A stretch of DNA of 64,000 bases from Nitrospirota bacterium (GTDB lineage Bacteria; Nitrospirota; UBA9217). Position numbers and translations under genes: made by a program. Positions 9,668-19,435 of this stretch are shown here, piece after piece (position 1 is the first letter of the stretch; each line of letters opens with the position of its first letter). The notes below the pieces were generated by a model, which was given only the letters and a program-made list of their open reading frames with translations, made no database searches and was not told the DNA's origin. Location: assembly GCA_963737155.1 (NCBI GenBank), contig CAVTRN010000001.1, positions 512,001 through 576,000 of the forward strand. Reading direction: 5' to 3'.

Positions 9668-10498
9668 TTATGAAGCGGCTGCCCTTTTCCGGAAGACATA
9701 GAGGACAATCCCTCCGAGCATTGTCAGCGCGCTTAGAATCTGCCCCATGGTAAACGGCCCTATTATAAAGCCAAGCTGGACATCTGGTTGACGAAAGAAT
9801 TCCGCGATGATTCTGAACAGGCCATACAATATAAGAAAGGCAGCAGTCATGGCGCCGGGCACATGTTTTCTGTTTTTCAGCAGCCAGAGAAGGGTAAAAA
9901 GCAGAACTCCTTCGAGTGCAAATTCATAAAGCTGCGACGGATGGCGGGGAAGCGGCCCTCCTTCGGGGAAAACCATGGCCCAAGGCACATTCGTCACCCG
10001 GCCAAACAGCTCCCCGTTGATAAAGTTCCCAAGCCTTCCCAGCCCCAGACCAATGGGAGCTGTTACAATGATCAGATCGGCCGCCTGCCAGAAGTCGACA
10101 CGGTATTTACGGCAGCACAGGTAGCCTGCCACAAGAGAACCTATCATGCCGCCATGAAAAGACATCCCTCCATGCCAGACTGCTATCATTTCAAACGGAT
10201 TTTTTACATAATTCGACAAATCATAAAACAGAATATAACCCAAGCGTGCGCCGAGAATCAGCCCTATAATCAAATAGGTGTATATTGCATCGAGAAATTC
10301 GTCCGGAATTTCTTTGGTTGCTGAGTTCCTGCCCTTCGCTTTGCCGCCAGGCTGGGAGCCTTGCCTTATTTTTTTCAACTGATATTTCACGAGTACGTAG
10401 GAAGAAGCAAAGCCGACAGCGTACATGAGCCCGTACCATCGAAGTGCAACAGGCCCTATGCGAACAATTTCCGGGTTGATGTGTGGATAGGGTATCAT
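9668..10498 (-). CDS. lgt: Prolipoprotein diacylglyceryl transferase
   Basis: RWYGLMY, GARLGY, GGMSFHGG, GRLGNFINGELFGR and RHPSQLYE motifs. Confidence 0.97.
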   Translation of the reverse strand: MIPYPHINPEIVRIGPVALRWYGLMYAVGFASSYVLVKYQLKKIRQGSQPGGKAKGRNSATKEIPDEFLDAIYTYLIIGLILGARLGYILFYDLSNYVKNPFEMIAVWHGGMSFHGGMIGSLVAGYLCCRKYRVDFWQAADLIIVTAPIGLGLGRLGNFINGELFGRVTNVPWAMVFPEGGPLPRHPSQLYEFALEGVLLFTLLWLLKNRKHVPGAMTAAFLILYGLFRIIAEFFRQPDVQLGFIIGPFTMGQILSALTMLGGIVLYVFRKRAAAS

Positions 10499-10778
10499 TC
10501 ATGAGCTCCTTAATTTTCCAATGAATAAAATTGTCTTCGAAATCCATTATACAGCAAACCTTAAATAGGACAAAGGTATATATGTTAAAATGCGCAGCAT
10601 TGGCCTGCTCAGTACAGATATAATCCTGCTACACTTAGAATATAAACAGGATATTATTTGCCCTGATTAACAATATTGGCACGGTTCCATCAAGGGTGCT
10701 GATTTTCTGCGACGGGAACGTGAGAGTTGCAACTGTGCGAAGAGATAACCTGCGCAGAAGGATCAAAGGAGGTTGACG

Positions 10779-11597
10779 ATGAACGCGCAGAAGGAAACAA
10801 TGAAACAAACATACATTCCGCACGTTACCGCAGCCGATGCCGTTACATGGGCCGGCCTGGTCCTGTCCCTGCTTGGCGGCGCCACGGCCGTGCTTGCGGG
10901 ACCGGGAAGTAGATGGGGTTGGTGGCATTTTACTGTTGGATTCACGATTTTGCAGGTCGGTGCCATTACCGGTATTGCAGCAGCAGTGGTTTCGCTGGTT
11001 GGAGGAATCGCTATAAGGCGTGAACACCATCCATCGCTGATCGTCGTCGCAGCCGTCGGAATCATTATCGGACTCGTCAGTGCAGGGATTCCGTGGTCAT
11101 GGATGCGTATCGCGAAACAGATGCCGCGCATCAATGATATTTCAACAGACATGACGAATCCGCCCCAGTTCGTCAAGATCATGCCGCTGAGGCAAAGTAT
11201 TGATGCTCCGACTGCCTATGGCGGCGCCAGGGTTGCGAACCAGCAGCGCGCATCCTATCCCGATATAAGGCCCCTCATTCTGCCGGTGTCGCCGATTATG
11301 GCATTCAATTCCGCGCTCAGGGAGGCGGAGGACAGGGGCTGGCAGATCGTGAACGCCGATGCTTCGAAAGGAACCATCGAAGCGGTGGCCACAACCTTCT
11401 GGTTCGGCTTCAAGGATGATGTGGTTGTCAGGATCACACCTGCATCCGGCGGGAGCAGAGTCGATATGCGCTCCGTATCGCGTGTGGGGAGAGGTGATAT
11501 CGGGACTAATGCAAAGCGAATCAGATCATATCTCCTGAATCTTGCAAAGACTAGCATTGTCGATAATAATTACACTTCCTTCGAAGGTGGTTACTAA
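10779..11597 (+). CDS. DUF1499-family membrane protein
   Basis: Three N-terminal TM helices; PRINDISTD..NPPQF, FGFKDDVVVRI and RSVSRVGRGDIGTNAKRI motifs; AGGAGG RBS. Confidence 0.85.
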   Translation: MNAQKETMKQTYIPHVTAADAVTWAGLVLSLLGGATAVLAGPGSRWGWWHFTVGFTILQVGAITGIAAAVVSLVGGIAIRREHHPSLIVVAAVGIIIGLVSAGIPWSWMRIAKQMPRINDISTDMTNPPQFVKIMPLRQSIDAPTAYGGARVANQQRASYPDIRPLILPVSPIMAFNSALREAEDRGWQIVNADASKGTIEAVATTFWFGFKDDVVVRITPASGGSRVDMRSVSRVGRGDIGTNAKRIRSYLLNLAKTSIVDNNYTSFEGGY

Positions 11598-12187
11598 GGG
11601 AATTGAACCAGCATGTCGGGTTGGTTTTCAGGCAGGTTGGCGGAAATAAGCTGTTTCACTTTTTGAAAATCCTTGAGAAACAGCTTTTTCCCTTTAGGGA
11701 AGCGCATAGCATAAGCGGGATGAAAGGTGATAAGATGTATTCTCCCGTTTTTCTCCACTATTTTCCCGTGTTCGCGTAAAATTTCCTTCTTGCTACCAAG
11801 GAGTGCGGTGCATGCGGTATTCCCGAGAAGGACGACGATCTTAGGATCGATGATTTCAAGTTGTTTAAATAAGTGTGTTCTGCCGTGGAGGATCGTTTCT
11901 TTTGAGGGAGTGCCGCGCAGGGGAAGATAGTGGCCAGGGCTGGTGATGAAGATATCGTCTTCCGTAAGGCCGATTTCCCCTATCCTCTCCCGCAGGAATT
12001 TTCCCGAACGCCCGACAAAAGGCCGTCCGGTCTTTGCCTCTTCTTTTCCTGGCGCCTCGCCGACGAAGACGACCCGCGCGTCGGGGTTTCCTTCTCCAGG
12101 AACTGCCTTGCCGATGCCGCCTTTCTTGCATAAAGGACAGGCAATGATTTCAGAGGCGATCTTCGCGAGAGCCGTTTCTTTTCTCAT
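11594..12187 (-). CDS. udg: Uracil-DNA glycosylase, family 4-like
   Basis: CPLC, VGEAPG..E...GRPFVGRSG and TFHPA motifs. Confidence 0.88.
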   Translation of the reverse strand: MRKETALAKIASEIIACPLCKKGGIGKAVPGEGNPDARVVFVGEAPGKEEAKTGRPFVGRSGKFLRERIGEIGLTEDDIFITSPGHYLPLRGTPSKETILHGRTHLFKQLEIIDPKIVVLLGNTACTALLGSKKEILREHGKIVEKNGRIHLITFHPAYAMRFPKGKKLFLKDFQKVKQLISANLPENQPDMLVQFP

Positions 12188-12246
12188 GCACTGATTATAC
12201 TCCAGGAAGACGGTAACAATAGTGGAAAAACCACTTTCGCTTCGTA

Positions 12247-13560
12247 TCAAACCTTTACATGCAACATCGGCAGTTTCAGCCGCTGCCGTTTGTTCTCACC
12301 CTTAAACAGAATCGCCCGTCGCACGGGAATATCTCCCCGCGCGCCTTCGTGCTGGGCCTGCAGCTTCGTAGGTAGGCTTGCCGCGTGCTGAATCGTGTGT
12401 TTTCCGAACTTTTGGGAAATCCGGTCGACACTCTCATAAATCTTCGCCATCTTTTCGATCTTCGTCGTATCGTCGAATAGACTGTACTGCATGCTCTTTT
12501 CCTCGACCAATCCCCCAAGCACAACCCCGGTTTGGCGGTAGAGCGACGTGGGCTGAAATAAGTGCCCAAAACCTTCCCGCAGCAGTTCAAAAAGCTCGAC
12601 CGGATAGGCCGTGGACCGTGTGAGCTTCAGTTCCACGCCACTGCCCGTAAAATCCTGTTTCCGGAGAAAGATGATGATCCGCGAGGCAGCAAGACGATAA
12701 CGCCGCGCCTTGATGCAGGCGTTTTCCAGATTCTTCGCGAGCTGCGCGAACACAAAGGTTTCATCCGATGAAGCCGGTGTGAAAGTTTTTGCCTTGCTGA
12801 TGGACTGGTAGCTGTTCTTCGTCTCAGTGGTAACGGGATAAATGCTCCTGCCGTTCAACTCGTTCCATATCTCCTGATAAGGCTTGGACAGGTGCTTTTT
12901 AACGAACGCTTCGTCCTTGCGCGCAAACTGAAGAGCTGTCGTGATGCCGCATTTGTTCAAAAAAGCCGCAGTGTTCGGCCCGATACCCCAGACCTTCTCC
13001 ACAGGCAGCTTTTCCAGGAAGAGATGGATCTCGCGGCCCGGAATCATCGTGATCCCGTGCGGCTTCCTGTGCTTTGATCCGATCTTGGACAGGACCTTCG
13101 AGAGGCTCACGCCGACGGATACGGAGAGCCCCAGCTCCTGCTGGATCGTTTCCTGCATTGTTTCAGCAATCTGCTCATAGGATCTGTGGAAACTCCTTCG
13201 CAGTCCCGTGAGATCAACAAAAGCCTCGTCAATGGAATACTCTTCCACATCGGGAGAGAAGCGGCGAAGGATTTCGAACATGCGGACCGAGAACAGGCTG
13301 TACGTTTCGTAGTCCGACGGCAGGATCACGGCATCGGGACAAATCTTCTTAACATCCGAAAGCCGCACTCCGCGCTGCACGCCGCGCGCCTTGGCCTCAT
13401 AGCTCGCGGCGGCAACGATTCCGCGTTCCTTGCCCGTGATCACCGGCCTTCCCCGGAGTTCCGGATGTATCGCCTGTTCGCAGGAGGCGAAAAATGCGTC
13501 AGCATCGAGGTGTAGGATCGCACAGGGCCAGGATGAGAGGGAGATAAATTGGTTGTCCAT
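12247..13560 (-). CDS. Y-family DNA polymerase (DinB/UmuC-like)
   Basis: HLDADAFFASCE, AASYEAKARG, YSIDEAF and VWGIG motifs; the upstream ORF extension runs through repeat DNA, so the start is set at 13560. Confidence 0.92.
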   Translation of the reverse strand: MDNQFISLSSWPCAILHLDADAFFASCEQAIHPELRGRPVITGKERGIVAAASYEAKARGVQRGVRLSDVKKICPDAVILPSDYETYSLFSVRMFEILRRFSPDVEEYSIDEAFVDLTGLRRSFHRSYEQIAETMQETIQQELGLSVSVGVSLSKVLSKIGSKHRKPHGITMIPGREIHLFLEKLPVEKVWGIGPNTAAFLNKCGITTALQFARKDEAFVKKHLSKPYQEIWNELNGRSIYPVTTETKNSYQSISKAKTFTPASSDETFVFAQLAKNLENACIKARRYRLAASRIIIFLRKQDFTGSGVELKLTRSTAYPVELFELLREGFGHLFQPTSLYRQTGVVLGGLVEEKSMQYSLFDDTTKIEKMAKIYESVDRISQKFGKHTIQHAASLPTKLQAQHEGARGDIPVRRAILFKGENKRQRLKLPMLHVKV

Positions 13561-13584
13561 AGGAAATCCAGAAAAAGAAAATAT

Positions 13585-13730
13585 CGGCCACGGATTGACA
13601 CGATTAACACGAATGAAAATATTTTGGCTGTCATTCCTGCATAAGCAGCTGTCGACTCGGCGAAAACCGGGGTCCAGGGTTTGTTGATTTTCTGGAATGA
13701 CTGGCTTCCTGCCTTCGCCGGAATGACGGC
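13585..13730. repeat. Intergenic repeat cluster (CCACGGATTGACACGATTAACACG plus a GTCATTCC...GGAATGAC element)
   Basis: gtcattcc at 13630 pairs with ggaatgac at 13695 and 13721; short ACACG(G)ATT tandem unit at 13588-13613. Confidence 0.55.
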
Positions 13731-13741
13731 AGCACAATCTA

Positions 13742-14230
13742 TTATTTATATTTTCGCACCACCGCTGTCACCACGCCGGCGATCTTGAGCTCGCGCTTCG
13801 GCTTCACCGGTCTATAGCGCGGATTCGCGGGCACAAGATAAACGGCATCGCCGCTCTTCTTCAGGTACTTCATGGTCCACTCGCCGTCCACCTCGGCGAT
13901 GACGATGTCGCCGCTCTTCCCTGTCTGGCCCCGGTCGACAATGACCAGGTCTCCCGGCAGAATGCCGGCGCCGGCCATAGAATCGCCGGACACTTTGAGT
14001 AGGAAGGACGCGTCGGGATTCTCAACCAGGAATTCGTCGAGAGACAGCGTGTCGCGCAGTTCCTCCTCGGCGGGACTCGGGAACCCGGCTTCCACCAGCC
14101 CCAGAAGCCGGTAAGACTGAGACCCGGCAAGCGGAATCTCCCTCGTACCCTCATCCGCCCTCAGGGCGGCGACATCTTCAAGAGCATGAACAACCTGCAG
14201 GGAGACAGCACTTGTTTGCATGACGGCCAT
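13742..14230 (-). CDS. umuD: UmuD-like S24 peptidase (no LexA HTH)
   Basis: VEAGFPSPAEE cleavage site, VSGDSM Ser and TMK Lys; alternative TTG start at 14248. Confidence 0.8.
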   Translation of the reverse strand: MAVMQTSAVSLQVVHALEDVAALRADEGTREIPLAGSQSYRLLGLVEAGFPSPAEEELRDTLSLDEFLVENPDASFLLKVSGDSMAGAGILPGDLVIVDRGQTGKSGDIVIAEVDGEWTMKYLKKSGDAVYLVPANPRYRPVKPKRELKIAGVVTAVVRKYK

Positions 14231-14279
14231 CTTCTTTCTGTGAGGCAAAAATCAGGAAACAGCTTTTCGGCGTAATTCC

Positions 14280-14309
14280 ATTATAGGTGATCATATGTAT
14301 ACTTGTCAA
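14280..14309 (-). promoter_or_regulatory. Consensus sigma70 promoter of the umuD-polY-udg cassette
   Basis: TTGACA-N18-TATAAT on the minus strand, with an imperfect palindrome centred on CATATG in the spacer. Confidence 0.65.
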
Positions 14310-14700
14310 GTGCTTATATTCTGGGGCAGGGACCCCTTTTCGTCCTTGACTTCTTTTCATAAGAGCGTGATTATAGCTCGTTTCGTGCCGGCAGGTTCAT
14401 TGATCCCGTCCTCGTTTCGTTACCTCCCACATTATCTGCACGCAACCCTGAAAAGCGACAAAGACGGCCTTGAAATTCTTGTTTATTCCCACCTGTAAAT
14501 CAAATGCCAGACGGGTTGATGGGGTTGATAAAGAAATATGTTTCGATTCCATAAGCCGTGGCAGCAGGCCCAAAGTATGAATCCATGCGCGAATGAACGT
14601 TTATTTTCCCTTTTTTTGCTCTCCCGCTGGTAACTGAGAACCTTTCATTCCCTTACCGTGCTATGATAAATAATAGGACGAGGCAATAAGGGGGGCGGAA

Positions 14701-15231
14701 TTGGATCGTGCTAGTCTTTGCCGTGGAATTGTACTTTTAACTTTATTTTTTGGTTTTCTTTCAGTCGGAGAGGGCAAGATTATGAGTACGTTAAAAATAA
14801 GCAGTCCGGTTTTCGCACACAACAGCCACATTCCGCCGAAATATACATGTGATGGAGCGGACATTAATCCGCCATTGCTCATAGAGAACGTTCCGATAGG
14901 AGCCAAGTCTCTGGCCCTGATCGTTGACGATCCGGATGCGCCACGCGGCACATGGGTGCACTGGGTAGTGTGGAACATAGCGCCCGACACAGGGAAAATC
15001 GAGGAGCATTCCTTACCTGCCCACGCCAGCCAAGGTGTGAACGACTTCAAAAAACGTACCTATGGCGGTCCTTGCCCGCCATCGGGAACACACCGCTACT
15101 TTTTCAAGCTTTATGTACTCGATACAATGCTGAATCTGGCCCCGGGGACGGACAAGGCCGGCCTGGAGAAGGCCATGCATGGACACATGCTCGGGCAGGC
15201 TGAGTTGATCGGGCTCTATGCAAGGAAATAA
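14701..15231 (+). CDS. YbhB/YbcL (PEBP, Raf kinase inhibitor-like) protein
   Basis: YTCDG, DDPDAP, WVHWVVWN and YGGPCPPSGTHRYFF motifs; possible signal peptide from TTG 14701, otherwise ATG 14782. Confidence 0.9.
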   Translation: MDRASLCRGIVLLTLFFGFLSVGEGKIMSTLKISSPVFAHNSHIPPKYTCDGADINPPLLIENVPIGAKSLALIVDDPDAPRGTWVHWVVWNIAPDTGKIEEHSLPAHASQGVNDFKKRTYGGPCPPSGTHRYFFKLYVLDTMLNLAPGTDKAGLEKAMHGHMLGQAELIGLYARK

Positions 15232-15464
15232 TTGTGGAGTGCCGACTGTCAAAAAAAGTATTATTAATTATCAGCGTGAGTGCCACCTGACTCATTATCG
15301 GATTTATTATCTGCTTGTCCCGGTTATATTTTGAGGAGCATCTCTGTTTTATGCGGAAGCCGCGTTCCACGGAATGACCTTTGAATCTCGCAGTCTTCTC
15401 TCGACGATCCGTCGGATACTCGATCCCAAAGCGGTGGCCTCCCGTCGGCGTCTGATCACCGCGT

Positions 15465-15728
15465 TTATCGCAATTTACCGCTCATCTTGTAGATATAAGC
15501 AAGAATCTCAGCTACGGCTTTGTAAAGCTCCGGGGGGATTTCCTCATAAAGATCGAGGGTCGAGAGAATCTCAACCATGTTGCGGTCCTCACGAATGGGA
15601 ACGCCGTGGTGACGAGCAAGTGCGATTATTTTCTCCGCAACCAGTCCCCGCCCCTTCGCGACAAGAGAAGGCGCCGAGTCGCCGGAACGATACTTGAGTG
15701 CGACCGCTTTGTTCAGTTCATTTTTCAT
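15465..15728 (-). CDS. FlhB C-terminal-like small protein (EscU/YscU/HrcU family)
   Basis: KAVALKY...APSLVAKGRG..AEKII..A...GVPI...EIPPELYKAVAEIL. Confidence 0.9.
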   Translation of the reverse strand: MKNELNKAVALKYRSGDSAPSLVAKGRGLVAEKIIALARHHGVPIREDRNMVEILSTLDLYEEIPPELYKAVAEILAYIYKMSGKLR

Positions 15729-16801
15729 ATGTGGATATTGAGCCCTCCTGCCTCGGAGAGACGAGGATCAATTTGGGATTCATGACGCATCGTAAAGCCG
15801 CCCAGCGTTATGCCCAGCGCCTCAAACTGCCGGGCCAATTGCTCACTATTATCCTGAAGGATTTCCGAAAACTTTCCGTCTTCCGCAATCATATCCACAT
15901 AGACCTTTCCCGCCTGAAGCAGTACGCCTGCACTTATCCGACCAATGTTCTCGAGATCGAGATTTATTGTACACAAATAGGACTCTTCTCCTGGCCCTTC
16001 CCTCCCCGATTCCCTGAATATGAGTTCACCGTTTTTCAGATTCTGCCAGGCAAAAGGAACAAAAACCTGCAGCGTGTCACTTAGTTTCGACTGCAATTGA
16101 AGCATTTCGGTATTCTTAAGAAGATTGTCTACTGCTGCGGTAAGCCGATCTGTCTGAACGCCACTTTGCAACAATCGTCCGACCAGATCTTTATCTCCGA
16201 GCGCTTCTTGAAGAGACAGGAGCGCTGCTTTCATGTCGTTATTAACGAGATCCTGTATTTTGCCGTTTACCGTGGGGCTGTCCTGCTCCGGTTCGCTGAG
16301 TAGAAGACGGAGCTTTGTCTCAAAAAAAACCCCGGAACCCTCCACCGCGCTTTTCAGGACATTGCCGGACAGTACTTCAACTGAGGGCATCAGCTTTTCA
16401 AGGATATTCAATCCGGGCAGGGTTTGCATGATCTCTTCGGACGCGTTCGCGATGAACGATGTGAGTATCTCAATGTCATTGGATGCCGGCTCAAGACCTT
16501 TGAGCGTATCCAGGGCTGCAAGGATGGCACTTTTAAACGATCCTGGCGACCCATCGTTGCCCTGAAGAACCCGCAACTGAATATCCTGACCTGTCTGTTC
16601 AACAAGAAGAGACAAAACCTCTCCTTCCTTAAGCGGAAGGTTCGTCCTTGCCTCAATAACTGAATTTTTCATCCTGATGGCTACAGCGGTTTCGGTGACA
16701 GTTAGAACCTCGGCCTGCACGGTCTCTCCCGTTTGCAATGCGATTACGTTTTTCTGGGTCACCTGTACGGTGGATTCCTGCGGTAGGGGGGGTATTTGCA
16801 T
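15725..16801 (-). CDS. FliK-like flagellar hook-length control family protein
   Basis: SGVFFETKL motif and a C-terminal INLDLENIG..L FliK_C-like domain; coupled to the FlhB-like gene. Confidence 0.7.
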   Translation of the reverse strand: MQIPPLPQESTVQVTQKNVIALQTGETVQAEVLTVTETAVAIRMKNSVIEARTNLPLKEGEVLSLLVEQTGQDIQLRVLQGNDGSPGSFKSAILAALDTLKGLEPASNDIEILTSFIANASEEIMQTLPGLNILEKLMPSVEVLSGNVLKSAVEGSGVFFETKLRLLLSEPEQDSPTVNGKIQDLVNNDMKAALLSLQEALGDKDLVGRLLQSGVQTDRLTAAVDNLLKNTEMLQLQSKLSDTLQVFVPFAWQNLKNGELIFRESGREGPGEESYLCTINLDLENIGRISAGVLLQAGKVYVDMIAEDGKFSEILQDNSEQLARQFEALGITLGGFTMRHESQIDPRLSEAGGLNIHI

Positions 16802-16933
16802 AATCGTTACGATCTCATGACATTCTCAATCCGACATCCTTTGAAGGAGCGCGGCAGTCCGCGAAGGCATTGACACGGTAAATACGGAGCAATAATACTC
16901 GAGCTTGAAGAGCGGCAGAACGCTGACTCGTGC

Positions 16934-18175
16934 CTATACTATTAATGAAATCCCGTTGTACTCGTCCGCCGAAGAATCCATGGCATTACCATAGGCATCT
17001 TTGCCATTAAACTGAAAATCGATATGGGACGGATCGATAGTTCCGTTTGCACTTGCATTCTGATTGATCAGAAAGGAAACCGTGGCCGTGCCGGCGGTCG
17101 AATCATAGACTACGTTGAGAGGAACCGGGGATATTGCTACATCCGCCTGCGGGGCGGGCAAACCCCAGTCATATGCGCCGCCGGGAGTGGTTGCCGTCGA
17201 CTTGCTTATTGACCAATTAGTGGGATTCTGGACGGAGTTAGCATCCATTGGCTTATTGAAAACAAATACCATATTCATGACCGCTGTCGCGTTCGGAGAC
17301 GTTAGTGTTGAGTTCAGTTCGTCGATCGGAGTATTGGGTCCGAGGGATGAAAGAAATCCATCTGACGAATAGGCCTCCGTTATTTGCGGCTTCTCAACTT
17401 TGGTCATATAGGCGGTCAGAACCGGCGCAAGGTTCGGCGCATGAACATTGAGATAATTCTCCTGGTCCTGAGCATCATTCGTATCGCCGAGATCAGCGTA
17501 GGCTTCTCCCAGATCGACATGGACATCGGTAAAATCGGGACTCAGGCTGGTAACTTTTTCAAAAGCATTAATCGCATCCTGCTGATCTCCTTCTTTACTG
17601 TAAGTCTGCCCCAGTGCGTAATATCCCCCATATTGTGTTGGCTCCATGTTAATAACGTGCTTAAACGTCTTTTCGGCGTCCTGCGTGTCTCCGGTGGCCA
17701 GATAGACCTCGCCGAGGGAGTAGAGGTCCGCGGAAGAGGTGGGACTAATTTTGACGGCAGCTTGATAATCCTTTTCCGCATCGCTGAAGTCCTTCTGACC
17801 GTAATAAATATTGCCAAGCTGGATATAAGCGTTATCGTCGTCCGGCGATATGGCGAGGGATGACTGGTAAGCTTTTATTGCCTCATTAGTGTTGCCCTGA
17901 GCTATATACGTATTTGCTAAAAGATTATAGGCCTGCGGGGCGTCAGACGGCGAAGGATCAAGTGCAATTGCCATGTTAAAATCCTTCTCCGCAGTGCTAT
18001 AATTCCCATTTGAATATAAAGTCGCACCTTGAGACATTGCAGCCTTTGCCACCGAGGTCATCTGTGACTGCTGGGTTGACGCTGACAACGCTGAGAATAA
18101 GTTATTGATCGAAGTTGATGAACTTATCCCGAGATTTTGATAAGTAGAGGTTGCGCTTAAACTTGTGACTGTCAT
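16934..18175 (-). CDS. Acidic TPR protein with beta-rich C-terminal domain, probably flagellar-exported
   Basis: 413 aa with about six TPRs, an S/T-rich N-terminus, no Arg or Cys, and a sigma28 promoter upstream. Confidence 0.8.
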   Translation of the reverse strand: MTVTSLSATSTYQNLGISSSTSINNLFSALSASTQQSQMTSVAKAAMSQGATLYSNGNYSTAEKDFNMAIALDPSPSDAPQAYNLLANTYIAQGNTNEAIKAYQSSLAISPDDDNAYIQLGNIYYGQKDFSDAEKDYQAAVKISPTSSADLYSLGEVYLATGDTQDAEKTFKHVINMEPTQYGGYYALGQTYSKEGDQQDAINAFEKVTSLSPDFTDVHVDLGEAYADLGDTNDAQDQENYLNVHAPNLAPVLTAYMTKVEKPQITEAYSSDGFLSSLGPNTPIDELNSTLTSPNATAVMNMVFVFNKPMDANSVQNPTNWSISKSTATTPGGAYDWGLPAPQADVAISPVPLNVVYDSTAGTATVSFLINQNASANGTIDPSHIDFQFNGKDAYGNAMDSSADEYNGISLIV

Positions 18176-18339
18176 GTCCTGACACCTCAGAAGCTGTTAA
18201 AAAAATAATAGATGTGCGAATTTCTGATAAAAACAACTAATAAATTCAAGTGTGAAATTTCTCTAAATTCGCATAAACTGAATTAATTCATAGCAACTCA
18301 GTAGTTGCATCTGCGGCTATCTTCCCCATTTCATATATT

Positions 18340-18366
18340 TTATCGGTAAAAAAGCGAAAGTCTTTA
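18340..18366 (-). promoter_or_regulatory. sigma28 (FliA) promoter of the TPR gene
   Basis: TAAA-N15-ACCGATAA on the minus strand. Confidence 0.75.
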
Positions 18367-18403
18367 ATCTCACGTATCTATCATCAGTAAAAAAAGCGCT
18401 AGT

Positions 18404-18552
18404 GCCACTATTTTGACACATGGGTTGTGGCCACGGTAAGACCATCCAGGCAAATCCTTCTACTTTCATAAAATATCATTAATAAATCAATTAGTTATAT
18501 TAAATCGTGAGGAGGCGGGGAAAAAGTCCATGACTGAGGTACAAATATTGCA
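18404..18552 (+). promoter_or_regulatory. sigma54 promoter of the sugar operon with IHF site and enhancer
   Basis: GCCA-N6-TGAC at 18404-18417; consensus IHF site AATCAA-TTAG-TTA at 18485-18497; AGGTAC-AAATA-TTGCA at 18537-18552. Confidence 0.65.
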
Positions 18553-18627
18553 CATATAAAAAATTGCAATAATTAATTAACAACTCTAAAAAAATGTTTT
18601 TTCTACCGAATGTGAGGTGTTCTGATC

Positions 18628-19401
18628 ATGAAAGTTGTTATTCTAGCTGGGGGGCTCGGCACACGACTCAGCGAAGAAACCATCATACGTCCAAAGCCCA
18701 TGGTCGAACTCGGCGGAAAGCCGATTTTGTGGCACATCATGAAAATCTACTCTTTCTACGGCTTTCATGAGTTCATTGTCTGTCTCGGTTTCAAGGGTTA
18801 CATGATTAAGGAGTACTTCTCGAACTACTTTCTTCACATGAGTGATGTAACCTTCGATATGAAAAACAACGCCATGGAGGTCCATGAACACCATTCAGAA
18901 CCGTGGAGGGTGACGCTCATCGACACCGGAATGGAGTCCATGACTGGCGGTCGTATCAAACGCGTTGCACCTTTTGTCACCAATGAGGCATTCATGCTTA
19001 CTTATGGCGATGGCGTATCAAATGTCAATATAGCAGACCTTGTCGCCTATCATAGAAGCCATGGCAAGCTTGCAACAGTTACGGCAATTCAGCCTACGGG
19101 ACGGTACGGGGCGCTGCGACTGAACGGTTCTGAAGAAGTATTGGCGTTTCAAGAAAAGCCCGCGGGTGACGGGTCCTGGGTGAGTGGTGGCTTTTTCGTT
19201 CTAGAACCCCAGGTTCTCGATCTGATCAAGGACGACACCGTGAGCTTCGAGTCGGAGCCCCTTGAACGGCTTACCCAAAAAAGACAGTTGATCGCGCATC
19301 GGCACCGTGGATTCTGGCATGCCATGGACACCCTTCGTGACAAAAATCATCTGGAGGCGCTTTGGCAATCCGGTGCGGCGCCATGGAAGGTCTGGGAATA
19401 A
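18628..19401 (+). CDS. rfbF: Glucose-1-phosphate cytidylyltransferase
   Basis: ILAGGLGTRLSEET..RPKPMVE, TGGRIKR, TYGDG and MDTLRDK motifs. Confidence 0.96.
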   Translation: MKVVILAGGLGTRLSEETIIRPKPMVELGGKPILWHIMKIYSFYGFHEFIVCLGFKGYMIKEYFSNYFLHMSDVTFDMKNNAMEVHEHHSEPWRVTLIDTGMESMTGGRIKRVAPFVTNEAFMLTYGDGVSNVNIADLVAYHRSHGKLATVTAIQPTGRYGALRLNGSEEVLAFQEKPAGDGSWVSGGFFVLEPQVLDLIKDDTVSFESEPLERLTQKRQLIAHRHRGFWHAMDTLRDKNHLEALWQSGAAPWKVWE

Positions 19402-19435
19402 AGTCTTTTCACCGTATCCATCTAGAGGCGAATCA

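Noticed and set aside
13561-13737. 59-aa N-terminal extension of the Y-family polymerase
   Set aside because: It translates intergenic repeat DNA; family similarity starts at MDNQ
18587-18612. sigma28-like TAAA...ACCGAATG before rfbF
   Set aside because: Poor -10 match, and the start site would fall within or after the RBS; the sigma54/IHF layout explains the region better
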